Both the position numbers and the translations under genes were made by a program. The notes under the pieces were generated by a model. It saw only the letters and a list, made by a program, of their open reading frames with translations, did not search any database and had not been told where the DNA came from. DNA of 64,000 nt, taken from NCBI RefSeq assembly GCF_020745735.1, contig NC_083423.1, positions 24,862,001 to 24,926,000 on the forward strand. Direction: 5' to 3'. The first letter of the stretch is position 1. Each line of letters begins with the position of its first letter. Below are positions 11,996 through 24,270 of the stretch, piece after piece. Source of the DNA: Hemiscyllium ocellatum (taxonomy: Eukaryota).

Positions 11996-13255
11996 AGTCT
12001 CTTTGTGCTAAAAGCTGCTTAGAATCAAGTCCAACATAATACTAAGCCATGCACTAGAAGTTCCTGGTTACAATTTGCTAGAATGTCCAGATGTCCTTCA
12101 TCACAGAATAAAAAAAAGCATCAGTCCTTCAGCAAAGAAAACTGTGCCATTGAAATAAGCGCAGGGATGGTCACCACCAAAAACAATAAATCCTTGGAGA
12201 AATGGGTGAGATATAACTTTTTGCATTGTACTCTAGAGCAACCCTCATTGAAGTACTAGACACCAGAGAAAACCTGCCTGTTTTGCTTGAGCTAAGTGCC
12301 AGGTACGCTCAGGCTATGGTGCTTGAACTCATTAGGCATGAGAAACGAGCACTGCTGCAACATCTGCGTAAGTCTTTGCTGGAGGAGAGTACAATGCCAT
12401 TGAATATGCATGATGTAAAGATCATGACCCAATCCAAGAATGGGGCTGACGACAGAAATTGCAACAATGGTAGAGGCATCGCCCTGCAGAGTGTTGTGGG
12501 AAATGTATTTGCGGAAAATATTTGCCTGTGTTGCTAGGTCCTGGATAATACTTCTATGTAGGATCCTGGTGTAGTTTCAGATTATAAAATCTACAATTGA
12601 CTTGATTTTCTCTATACAGCAGTGACAGAAATGCTATCAACAAAGGACAGCACTATATGTTGCCTTCAATAATCTCACCAAGGCATTCAACGTGTCAGTA
12701 GAAATGCTCTGTTTAAGCTGCTGGAGAATATTGGATGCCCACCAAAGTGCTCAGTGCGACCTTTCTCTATGACCAGATCAACTGACTCTGGCTCTAACTC
12801 TATGGTCAACATCTGAGCACTTTGATATGTTCAGGGAGGTTAAACAGATTTGTGTTCTTGCACTTACACCATATTTGGCACATTTTTCTCATGTTTTGCT
12901 AATTTATATCTTTGGTACACCCATAGAAGATGCCTATGCACATACCAGCAATATCCAAAATCTGTTGAGCCTTGCTTCTAAGAAATCTAAGACCTGGGTG
13001 CACCATCAGAGAATTGTGCAATGCTGATGATGCCACACTAGCAGTCTACAATCAGGAACACCTTCAGGAAATGGACAGACTCTCTCATGCCTATGTATCA
13101 AAAAGACAAATGTTGTGGTCTAACCAGTTAGAATTAATGATGTGATATTGAGCCTTGTTGATCGTTCATGTATTTAGTCTCCACAATCATCAGTGATCTG
13201 TTACTTGATGAAATCGACTCATTTTAAAAGCTGCTGAGAACATCCGAATGCAAGG

Positions 13256-14462
13256 TTCTTTGAGAAGGTGACTAAGGAAGTGGACGAGGGTAAAGCAGTA
13301 GATGTTGTGTATATGGATTTTAGTAAGGCGTTCGATAAGGTTCCCCATGGTAGGCTAATGTTAAAACTACGGAGGTATGGCATTGAGGATACATTAGAGG
13401 TTTGGATTAGGAATTGGCTGGCTGGAAGGAGACAGAGGGTAGTAGTTGATGGATTATGTTCATCTTGGAGCAGAGTTACTAGCGGTGTACCACAAGGATC
13501 TGTTTTGGGACCATTGCTTTTTGTTATCTTTATAAATGATCTAGAGGAAGGACTTGAAAGCTGGGTAAGCAAGTTTGCGGATGACACAAAAGTCGGTGGA
13601 GTTGTGGATAGTGAGGAAGGAAGTGGTAGGTTACAGCGGGATATAGATAAGTTGCAGAGCTGGGCGGAAATGTGGCAAATGGAATTCAATGTAGCTAAGT
13701 GCGAAGTCGTTCACTTTGGTAGGAATAACAAGATGATGGATTACTGGGCTAATGGTAGGCTACTTGGTAGTGTGGATGAGCAGAGGGATCTTGGTGTCCA
13801 TGTACACAGATCTCTGAAAGTTGCCACCCAGGTAAATAGTGCTGTGAGGAAGGCATATGGTGTACTGGGCTTTATTGGCAGAGGAATTGAGTTCCGGAGT
13901 CCTGAGGTCATGTTGCAGTTGTATAAGACTCTGGTGAGGCCTCATCTGGAGTATTGTGTGCAGTTTTGGTCGCCATACTATAGGAAGGATGTGGAAGCTT
14001 TAGAACGAGTGCAGAGGAGGTTTACCAGGATGTTGCCTGGAATGGTAGGAAAATCTTATGAGGAAAGGCTGAGGCACTTGGGGCTGTTCTCATTGGAGAA
14101 GAGAAGGTTTAGGGGAGATCTGATAGAAGTGTATAAGATGATTAGGGGTTTAGATAGGGTAGATACTAAGAACCTTTTACCGCTAATGGAGTCAGGTGTT
14201 ACTAGGGGACATAGCTTTAAATTAAGGGGTGGTAGGTATAGGACAGATGTTAGGGGTAGATTCTTCACACAGCGGGTTGTGAGTTCATGGAATGCCCTGC
14301 CCGTATCAGTGGTGAACTCTCCTTCTTTATGGTCATTTAAGCGGGGATTGGATAGGCATTTGGAAGTTATTGGGCTAGTATAGGTTAGGTAGGATTCGGT
14401 CGGCGCAACATCGAGGGCCGAAGGGCCTGTACTGCGCTGTATCCTTCTATGTTCTATGTTCT
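13256..14462 (+). mobile_element. Young 5'-truncated CR1 LINE with an uninterrupted 371-aa RT C-terminal ORF
   Basis: YMDFSKAFDKVPH, GVPQGSVLGPLLF, KFADDTK and RPHLEYCVQFWSP motifs. (ttctatg)n tail. aagg lies on both sides. Confidence 0.97.
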
Positions 14463-14985
14463 AAGGCTACTAAATCTGCATCGTCGGTGCACTTTGACAC
14501 TAGCAAAACCTGGGCAATATATATTAAAACAGGGGAAGAGGCAGAACTGTTTTCACCTCGGCTGATTCAAATTTTCCTGCCAAAATACAACAAGAATAAG
14601 ATTATAATCTTGGAGGCTTTGGAATGTGGTAATTCCATTAGCATACCCTCACTGCTAAGCTAACAACATTTGCACATTCAGTGGATAGAAGATAGCCGCA
14701 TTCCCAAAGACCTTCAGTTGAGCTGATCACTAGATCACTGCCTTGAAGGTGACCAACTCTGCTACAAGACCAGCTTAAAGCAAGTTATGAAAATGGTAGA
14801 CTTAACAGTGAGAGCAGGGAGGCAGTTGCCAATGATCATGACCTCTGGAAACTGGCTATATGGAAAGGCATGCAAGAAGCAAACAAAAATGAAAGCTTGG
14901 CTGGCCAAAAAGTGTGTCAAGAGAAAACAGAAGTCAGTGAATAGAGTATCTTCTCAGCCAACTATCTTCCTCTGCAGCAAATACA

Positions 14986-15330
14986 TAAGACATAGGAGCA
15001 GAAGCTGGCCATTTGGTCCACCATATCTGTTTTGCCATTCAATTAGATCATTGCTGATCTGATCATTTTCAACTCTGCTTTCCTATAATACTCTTTGATT
15101 TCCTTACTGATTAAAAATCTGTCTGTCAACAGCCTTGGATATTTTTAATGACTCAGCCATGACAGCACTCTGTTGTAAAGAATTCCATAGATTTTCTAGC
15201 CTCTGAGAGAAGAAATTCATTCTTGTTTCTTGAATGGGAGCCCCTTATTCTGAGATTATGCCTTTTGGTCTTTGACGCACTCAAGGGGAAACAACCTCTT
15301 TACATCTGTCCTGTCAATCCCCCTAGAATC
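14986..15330 (-). mobile_element. CR1-type LINE 3' fragment
   Basis: cataagacataggagcagaag tail region followed by a degenerate reverse-strand ORF2 end. Confidence 0.65.
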
Positions 15331-15959
15331 TCTGGCAAATCATTCAAAGGTCCAGAAATGTTTTGTTTAAAAGTAATTCTTTGGTCTCTTAAGGGTTATG
15401 GGGAAATGGTAGTGCCAGTTTCCTAAGTTAAAATGTTTGGAGAGCTGATGCAGGCAGGAAAGGCCAAATGGCCTCCTGCACTGTACAAATTCTGTGATTC
15501 TGCAAATTTAAGTAGAATATTCCTGGTGACACATTATCTATAAACACGAGCAACTTTCTGTCTATTATTCAAGTTTTATTGATAAAAATCAACTTGCATT
15601 AAAACTCCATTCAACATTCTCATTAACTTCAGTGTTCCCATATTGATGTACTACTCACTGGCTCTTGAACCAAACAATCCAGAACGTTGACACAAATGAG
15701 TTTCTTTGTCAAAATAATTTTAAAATAGTGTTTTCCACGTTGAGGCATTCCTATTGAGTCACTTTTTTTAAAAAAAACCCTCTGCCTGCAATCTTAACCT
15801 GACTTGTACACATTCTGTCTTTCTCTTTTTCATCCCAATTTCATTTCTTGCGATTTACCTGAGTTGAAGTTTGCAGAGACCATTAGGGCCCCAACATTAG
15901 GTACAGTTTCTGGAGCCACATCCAATTAAGGATGGTATATGGATGAAAAAGCAACACAT

Positions 15960-17980
15960 TAGAGTCATAGAGATGTACAGCATGGAAACAGACCCTTCGG
16001 TCAGACTTGATGCTGACCAGATATCCCAACTACCTGCCAGCACCTGGGCCATATCCCTCCAAACCCTTCCTATTCATATACCCATCCAAATGCCTCTTAA
16101 ATGTTGCAATTGTACCAGCCTCCACCACTTCCTCTGGCAGCTCATGACATACACGTACTACCCTCTGCATGAAAAAGTTGCCCCATAAGTCTCTATTATA
16201 TCTTTATTTCTCCTCTCACCCTAAACCTATGCCCTCTAGTTCTGAACTCCCCGACCCCAGGGAAAAGACTTTGCCAATTTTCCTTATGCATACCCCTCAT
16301 AATTTTGTAAACCTCTATAAGATCACCCCTCAGCCTCCGATGCTCCAAAGAAAACAACCCCAGCCTGTTCAACCTTTCACTACAGGTCAAATCCTCCAAC
16401 CCTGGCAACGTCCTTGTAACTCTTTTCTGAACCCTTTCAAGTTTCACAACATCTTTCCAATAGGAAGGAGACCAGAATTACACACAATATTCCAACAGTG
16501 GCCTAACCAATGTCCTGTACAGCCGCAACATGACCTTCCAACTCCTGTACTCAATACTCTGACCAATAAAGGAAAGCATACCAAACACCACCTTCACTAT
16601 TCTATCTACCTGCGACTCCACTTTCAAGGAGCTATGAACCTCCACTCCAAGGTCTCTGTTCAGCAACACTCCCTAGGATCTTACCATTAAGTGTATAAGT
16701 CTGCTGAGATTTACTTTCCCAAAATGCAGCAACTCACATTTTTCTGAATTAAACTCCATCTTCCACTTCTTAGCCCATTGGCCCATCTGGTTAAGATCCT
16801 GTTGTAATCTGAGGTAACCCTCTTCGCTGTCCACTGCACCTCCAATTTTGGTGTCATCTGCAAACTTACTAATTGTATCTCCTTATGTTTGCATCCAAAT
16901 CATTTATGTAAATGACAAAAAGTAGAGGACCCACCACTGATCCTTGTGGCACTCCATTGGTCACAGGCCTCCAGTCTGAAAAACAATCCTCTACCATCAC
17001 CCTTTCTCTTCTACCTTTGAGCCAGTTCTGTATCCAAAGGCTAGTTCTCCCTGTATTCCATGAGATCTAACCTTGCTAATCAGTCTCCCATGGGGAACCT
17101 TGTCGAACGCCTTACTGAAGTCCATATAGATCACATCTACTGCTCTGCCCTCATCAGTCCTCTTTGTTACTACCTCAAAAAATTCAATCAAGTTTGTGAG
17201 ACATGATTTCCCACGCACAAAACCATGTTGTCTATCCCGAATCAGTCCTTGCCTTTCCAAATACATGTACATCCTGTCCCTCAGGATTCCCTCCAACAAC
17301 TTGCCCACCACTGATGTCAGGTTCACCAGTCTATAGTTCCCTGGCTTGTCTTTACCACCCTTCTTAAACAGTGGCACCACATTAGCCAACCTCCAGTTTT
17401 CCGGCACCTCTACTGAGAGTATCGATGATACAAATATCTCAGCAAGAGGCCCAGCAATCACTTCTCTAGCTTCCCGCAGAGTTCTAGGGTACACATGATC
17501 AGGTCCTGGGGACTTATCCACCTTTACCCGTTTCAAGACATCCAGCACTTCCTCCTCTGTAATCTGGACATTTTGCAAGATGTCACCATCTATTTCCCTA
17601 CAGTCTATATCCTTTTCCACAGTAAATACTGATGCAAAATATTCATTTAGTATCTCCCCCATTTTCTGTGGCTCCACACAAAGGCCGCCTTGCTGATCTT
17701 TGAGGAGCCTATTCTCTCCCTAATTACCCTTTTGTCCTTAATGTATTTGTAAAAGCTCTTTGGATTCTCCTTAATTCTATTTGCCAAAGCTATCTCATGT
17801 CCCCTTTTTGCCCTCCTGATTTCCCTCTTAAGTATACTCATACTTTCTTCATACTCTACTAAGGATTCATTTGATCTATCCTGTCTATACCTGACATATG
17901 CTTCCTTCTTTTTCTTAACCAAACCCTCAATTTCTTTAGTCATCCAGCATTTCCTATACCTAACAGCCTTTCCTTTCACA
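15960..17980 (-). mobile_element. CR1 LINE, about 2 kb, 5'-truncated and frameshifted
   Basis: ORF fragments KSPGPDHVYPRTL, GKSCLTNLIEFFE, YMDFSKAFDKVPHG and LVRPLLEYCV. Confidence 0.95.
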
Positions 17981-18092
17981 TTCAGAAGGTTTAGCCAATA
18001 AACAAGACGTGAATGTTACCGATGTATATGTGAGAGAATGCAGAGATGCCTGAAGATGGTAGTGTCTTCAGAAGAATTATAAACTTTTAAAA

Positions 18093-18236
18093 NNNNNNNN
18101 NNNNNNNNNNNNNNNNNNNNNNNNNNNNNNNNNNNNNNNNNNNNNNNNNNNNNNNNNNNNNNNNNNNNNNNNNNNNNNNNNNNNNNNNNNNNNNNNNNNN
18201 NNNNNNNNNNNNNNNNNNNNNNNNNNNNNNNNNNNN
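18093..18236. other. Assembly gap (144 N)
   Basis: Run of N next to the CT repeat. Confidence 1.
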
Positions 18237-18706
18237 TCTCGCGCCACCCCCCCCTCTCTCTCTCTCTCGTGCCACCCCTCTCTCTCTTGCGCCACCCCTC
18301 TCTCTCTCTCTCTCCGGCCACCCCTCTCTCTCTCTTGCGCCACCCCTCTCTCTCTCTCTTGCGCCACCCCTCTCTCTCTCTCTCTCCGGCCACCCCTCTC
18401 TCTCTTGTGCCACCCCTCTCTCTCTCTCTCTCGCGCGCCACCCCTCTCTCTCTCTCGCGCCACCCCTCTCTCTCTCTCGCGCCACCCCTCTCTCTCTCTC
18501 TCTCTCGCGCCACCCCCCTTCTCTCTCTCTCTCGCGCCACCCCGCTCTCTCTCTCGCGCCACCCCTCTCTCTCTCTTGCGCCACCCCTCTCTCTCTCTCT
18601 CGCGCCACCCCCCCTCTCTCTCTCGCGCCACCCCCCCTCTCTCTCTCGCGCCACCCTGCTCTCTCTCTCGCGCCACCCCTCTCTCTCTCTCTCTCTCTCT
18701 CGCGCC

Positions 18707-18741
<35 letters not shown>

Positions 18742-18994
18742 GCCATCTCTCTCTCTCTCGCGCCACCTCTCTCTCTCTCGCGCCACCTCTCTCTCTCTCT
18801 CTCTCTCTCTCGCGCCACCTCTCTCTCTCTCTCGCGCCACCTCTCTCTCTCTCTCTCGCGCCACCTCTCTCTCTCTCTCGCGCCACCTCTCTCTCTCTCT
18901 CGCCACCTCTCTCTCTCTCTCTCTCTCTCTCTCGCGCCACCTCTCTCTCTCTCTCTCTCGTGCCACCTCTCTCTCTCTCTCTCTCTCTCGTGCC

Positions 18995-19049
<55 letters not shown>

Positions 19050-22010
19050 CGCCCCCTCTTTCTCCCTCCCTCTCTCGCGCCACCCCTCGCACACTCTCTC
19101 TCTATCTCTCGCTCTCTCGTGCTCTCTATCTCTTGCACCCTCGCTCTCGTACTCGGTCCCTTTCCCGTTCTCTCTCACACTGTCTCCCACTCATTCGCTT
19201 TCAGTTCCTTTTGTGCGGTCCTTTCTGCTCGCTCTCGCTCGCACTCATTCTCTCACACACTCCCTCTCGCACTCACTCTGTCTTGCAGCTACGCTCATGC
19301 TCCCTCTTTCTTGCACTTGCACCCGCTCTCTCGCGTGCTTGCTCTTGCGCTTGCATTTTCACTTCTGCACTCGCTTTCTTGTGCTCATTCGTTCTCTCGC
19401 GCTCTCGGTCTTGTGCTCTCTCTTGTGCTGTCTCTCACGCTGACTCCCGTGCTCACTCTCTCATGCTCATTCTCTCTCTTGCTGTCTCTCTCGCGCTCTC
19501 TCTCATGCTCTTGTGCGCGCATGCCCTCTCACGCATGCTCGTGCTCGCGCTTTCTTTTGCTCTTGCTCTCTTTCGTGCTCTCCCTCTTGCATGCACTCAC
19601 TTGCGCTTTCTCATCCATGCTCTTTCGTGCACTCTTGCTCTCACGCAATCTCATGCCCGCGCTCTAGCTTTTTTGCGCTCTGTCTCACTTTCATGTGCTC
19701 ATTCTGTCTCGCGCGTGCTCATTCCCTCTCCCTCTCGTTTGATCTCTTGTTTTCTTTCTTGTGTCTGCACTTTCTTGCGCTCGTCGTCTCTCGTGCCCTC
19801 ATTCGCTTGCTTTCGCGATAGTTTACGCTTGCTCACTCGCTCTTGCACTCACGCTCATTCATACTGACTTGCTCCCTCTCGCTCATTCGTGCTCACTCTC
19901 TCGCGTTCTCTAACTCGCGCTCTCGCTGTCTTTCACGCTCACTTGTGCTTTCTCACACATGCTCTTTCTTGCACTCACGCGCTTGCTCTCACTCTGACTT
20001 TCTTGTGCTCATTCTCTCTCGCGCTCTCTTGCTCTTGCTCTCTCACGCACTCTTGCGTTCGCTCTATCTTGTGTGTTCACTCTCACACTCTTGCTTTCTC
20101 GTGCTCATTCAATACCCCCCTCTCTCGCTTTCTTGCTCTCATGTGTTCCGTCTCACGTTCACTCTTTCGCACATTCACTCTCACGCTCTTTCGGATTTGT
20201 TCACACGCTTGTTTGTGCTCTTGCTCTCACTTTTATTCTTGCTCTGGCGTCTCAGTTGCTCTCACTGTCTCTTGCTCTCGCGCTCGTTCACTCTCGCGCT
20301 CATTGACTCTCGTTCCCTCTCACTGCGCAAGCTCTCTCACTGGATGCGCACTCTATCAATCTCGTGTGCTATCTTGGCCTTGATTGCATGCATTCACTCT
20401 TGCACTCTCACCTTTCTCGTGCTTACTCACTCTCACTCTCACATACTCTCTTGTGTTCTCTCATGCGTTCGTGTATGTTCAATCTTGCGTGTTCACTCTC
20501 ACGCACTCGGTTTCTCATGCTCATTCGCTCTCGCTGTCTCGCTCTCCCTTGCTCTCTCTCTTGCCCTCGATTTTGAGCAATCAATCTCGCTCTTTTGCGC
20601 TCGTTCGTTCTCACGCTCTCTCTTTTGTGTTCGGTCTCTCTTGCGCACGCATGCTCTTTTGTGCGTTTTCAATTTCTTGCGCACTTTCTCGCATTCTCAT
20701 GCATTCTCTTGGACGCTCTCACTTTCATGCTCGTTCTCTCGTGCGCTCTTGTTCTTGCGCAGTCTCTCTCTTGTGCCCCCTCTCTCTCCTGCGTTCGCTC
20801 CCATGCTTGCACTCTCTCAAGCTCTTGGTTTCTTATGCTTGTGCTCTCTCGCCCTCTATCTCGGCCTCGATCTCGCATGTTCACTCTTGCGCTCTTGCTT
20901 TCTTGTGCCCATTCACTCTCCCTCTTTCTCACACACTTTCTCTCACTCTCGCGCACATTCATTCTCGCGTGTTCACTCTCACGCATTCGGTTTCTCACGC
21001 TGTTTCACTCTCGCTCTCACTCTCCCTTGCTGTCTCTCGCCCTCTGTTTTACTGTTGATCTCGCACTTTCGTGCTCATTCTCTCTCTCTCCCTCTCTCTC
21101 GCATTCTCTCTTGCTATCGCGCATGTTCAGTCTCGCATGTTCACTCGCTCATTTGGCTTGTGCTTGTTCACTCTCGCGCTCTCTTGCTTACTCTCGCTTT
21201 CTTGTACTCGTTAACTCTTGCTCTCTTGCACATGCTGTCTCACAGATGCTCACTCTCACTGTCTGACCTGCTCTTGCTCTCTCATTCGTGCTCTTTCACA
21301 CTTGTTCATTCTTGCTTGCTCGCTTGCTCTCACACTCAATCACTCTCACGCTCTTTCGGGTTTGTTCACACGCTTGTTCATGCTCTTGCTCTCACTCTTG
21401 TTCTTGCTCTGCCGTCTCGGTCGCTCTCACTGTCTCTTGCTCCCGCGTTCGTTCAATCTCGCGTTCATTGACTCTCATTCCCTCTCACTGCGCAAGCTCT
21501 CTCACTGGATGCACACACTATCGATCTCATGTGCTCTCTCAAAGCTCTCGCTTTCTCTTGCTCTGTCTCTCATGCTTTCACTTTTTCCTGCTTGCTCTCT
21601 CGTGCTCACTGTTTTGCATTCTCTTGCTCTTGCACGTTCACTCTCACGCTGTCGGTTCCTCGCATTCATTCATTTGCTCTCGCGCGTTCTCGCGTACTTG
21701 CGCTCGTGCTCTCGCTCACTCTTGCGCTCTCGCTGTCTCAAGCTTGTTCACACATGCTCTCGCTCTCGGTCTCGCTCTCTCGTACGCTCGTTCGCGCTCT
21801 TGTCTTACTCGTGTTCTTGCTCTGGCACTCGTTTGCGCTCTCTTGCTGTCTGTCTTGCTCTCGTGCTTGTTCACGCTTGCGCTTGTTCACTCTTGCCGAG
21901 AACACGCTCTCTGTCTCTCGCCGAGTGCGCGCTCTCTCGCGCTCTCTTCTCTTTCATTCTCTCTCCTCTCTGTCGTTCTCTCCCTCTATTTCGTTCTCTC
22001 TCTCTCATCC
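18237..22010. repeat. Complex (CT)n-based repeat: (CT)n-cgcgccacc units to about 19090, then a degenerate CT/CG/CA tract
   Basis: Directly visible. Internal duplication of about 190 bp at about 20178-20369 and 21343-21536. Confidence 0.95.
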
Positions 22011-22587
22011 TGACATCTGATGTTCCAGTATAACAGTACACACCTCGTCTGCGGTCATTCGATCTGTATTATAGATTAATTGTAGTGTCCTTGGCCAGTA
22101 AGCACATAACCAAACGTAGTTCTGTTATCTTTTAGCCATATAAGTTGTTAACGGTGCAAGTAACTTTCAAGACATCTGTCTCACCAATAACCCAATGCTG
22201 TATAATAAATGGTATGTGGACCAACATACATACAAAATGCATCAGTTTCAGTTTCAATTAAGAAAAAGACATAAGGACAGGCTTCAGTTTAGGAAGGCTG
22301 ATTATCAGCTTTTTTACAGTTATTAATTCAAGAGCAGTTGAATGGCTCTGTGCTATTAGAGCAAACTCGAGGAAGAAATTCTAGGAATTACTGACCAGGT
22401 AAGATTTTGAATCATAATTCAGCAGTAGTCTTGGGAATTGAGAAGCTGGGCTTTGCCAGGAACTTGAAAGACGCCTGCAAGCATGACTACTTCAGTGCAG
22501 CTGAGAAAACTGGGTTGAAAAGCTCACATGTGATATTTTCTTCATACAGAGAACCCAGCGATATGTTTAGCTTGTTGGAGCTAGCTG

Positions 22588-23190
22588 TCACAGAGACATA
22601 CAGCACGGAAACAGACCCTTCGGTCCAATTCATTCATGCCAATCAGATATCCTAAGTTAATCTAGTTCCATTTGCCAACACTTGGCCCATATCCCTCTAA
22701 ACCCTTCCTATTCATATACCCATCCAGATGCCTTTTTAAATGTTGTAATTGTACCAGCCTTCTCCACATCCACTGGCAGTTCATTCCATACACTCACCAC
22801 CCTCTGCGTGAAATAGTTGCCCCTTAGGTCCTTTTTAAATTTTTCCCTTCTCACCCTAAACATATGCCCTTAGTTCTGGACTCTCCCACCCTAGGGAAAA
22901 TACTTTGTCTATTTACCCTGTCCATGCTCATGATTTTATCAGCTTCGATAAGGTCACCCCTCAGCCTTTGCCACTCCAGGGAAAACAGCCCCAGCTTATA
23001 GTTCAAATCCTCCAATCCTGGCAACATCCTTTGTAATTCTTTTCTGAAACCTTTCAAGTTTCACAACACTCTTGCGATAGAAAGGAGACCATAATTACGC
23101 ACAATATTCCAAAAGTAGCCTAACCAATGTCCTGTACAGCTGCACCATGGCCTCCCAACTCCTATATTCAATGCTCTGACCAATAAAGGA
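22588..23190 (-). mobile_element. CR1 LINE 3' fragment, same family as 15960-17980
   Basis: LPGLEDLNYKLGLFSLEWQRLRGDLIE and a shared ggaaacagacccttcggtc 3' UTR. Confidence 0.9.
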
Positions 23191-23739
23191 ACAACAGAGA
23201 GCTGGAATTTTACTTGTGAATAAGTACTGGAGTGCAGTTTTGCAGTCTAGCAGAATACAGACTCCCAGAGTCTGATTGAATGAGAAAAGGAGTCGTTGTT
23301 GAACCACAATAGTCCAGCTTTCAAGGGGGAGTTTCAAAACTAGATCAGACAAATGGAAAAAAAATCTTATGAAATTTACTGAGATTTGACGGCTCACTGG
23401 GAGGAGGAATTGCTGAGAAATTCATTGGATTTGTCCTGATCACATTTGCTATTTGATGTGTGCAGCAGAATGTTTAATTAGCGTAGGAGCTTGGAAAATC
23501 TACAGCCCAGACTGAGGCCATTCGGCCCACCGTGTCTGTGCCAAATGAATAAACTAGCCACTCATTCTAATCCCACTTACAGCATCTAGTCATAGTCTTG
23601 CATGTTACAGCACTTCAGGTACTTTTTGAATGAATTGAGGGTTTTCGCCACAACCACCAAACTGGGAAGCAAATTTTAGACATGCACCATCCTCTAGTGG
23701 TGATTTATCTCATGTCGCCTCTCACCCTTTACACATTCG

Positions 23740-24270
23740 GTGACATGCCATTACTGAATCCTCCTGATGAGCAGGTCAAACATAAGGAATTGTGTAGTGA
23801 GTAAGTCATCCCTTCACTCCCCCAAAGTCTCTTCACCATCTATAAGGCAGAAGTCAGGAGTGCATTGGAATATCAAATCTCCTCTCTCTCTTGCACAATC
23901 TTGCTCTCTCTCTGTCTCTTCCACCTCCCCCCACCCACCCAAAGCTCCAACAAATATTAATTGTCTCCACTACTGACATGTAACAGCAACAGTGTGTGCC
24001 ATCTGCAAGTTGTACTCCAGAAATTCACCAAAGCTCCTTTGACAGCACCTTCTAAACCCATGACCACTACCACCTGGAAGGACAAAGGCATCAGATACAA
24101 GGGAACACCACCTCTAGATGTCATTCAAGATTGTGAGTTGGAAATATATTGCCATTCCTTCACTGTCACTTGATCAAAATACACCAAGTGGACTGCAGTG
24201 GTTCAAGCAGAAATTCACTACTACCTTAAGTGTAAGTAGGGATTGTCAATAAATGCCAAGCCCACATTTC
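23740..24270 (+). mobile_element. Old LINE 3' fragment related to 8570-9260
   Basis: Shared segments such as aggcagaagtcaggagtg and acagtgtgtgccatctgcaag...caccttctaaaccc. Confidence 0.5.

Larger units (their letters stand above)
9300..14985 (+). mobile_element. Near full-length decayed RTE-clade LINE with nested insertions
   Basis: EN motif SFFQNKSCHKVSWRSP...HWHQ (about 10278-10350). RT region MHDVKIMTQSKNGADDRNCNNGRGIALQSVVGNVFA (ORF 12226-12537). Resumes after the CR1 at 14463. The 5' boundary is uncertain. Confidence 0.75.

Noticed and set aside
18237-19090. CRISPR-like repeat/spacer pattern
   Set aside because: The 'spacers' are only variable (CT)n, the context is eukaryotic and there are no cas genes.
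18016-19190. 350-370 aa Arg/Glu-rich ORFs on the minus strand
   Set aside because: They are translations of (GA)n repeat running through the N gap and are open in all three frames.
18269-22033. Long Ser/Leu-rich ORFs up to 542 aa
   Set aside because: Low-complexity CT repeat lacks stop codons. No domain or splice support.
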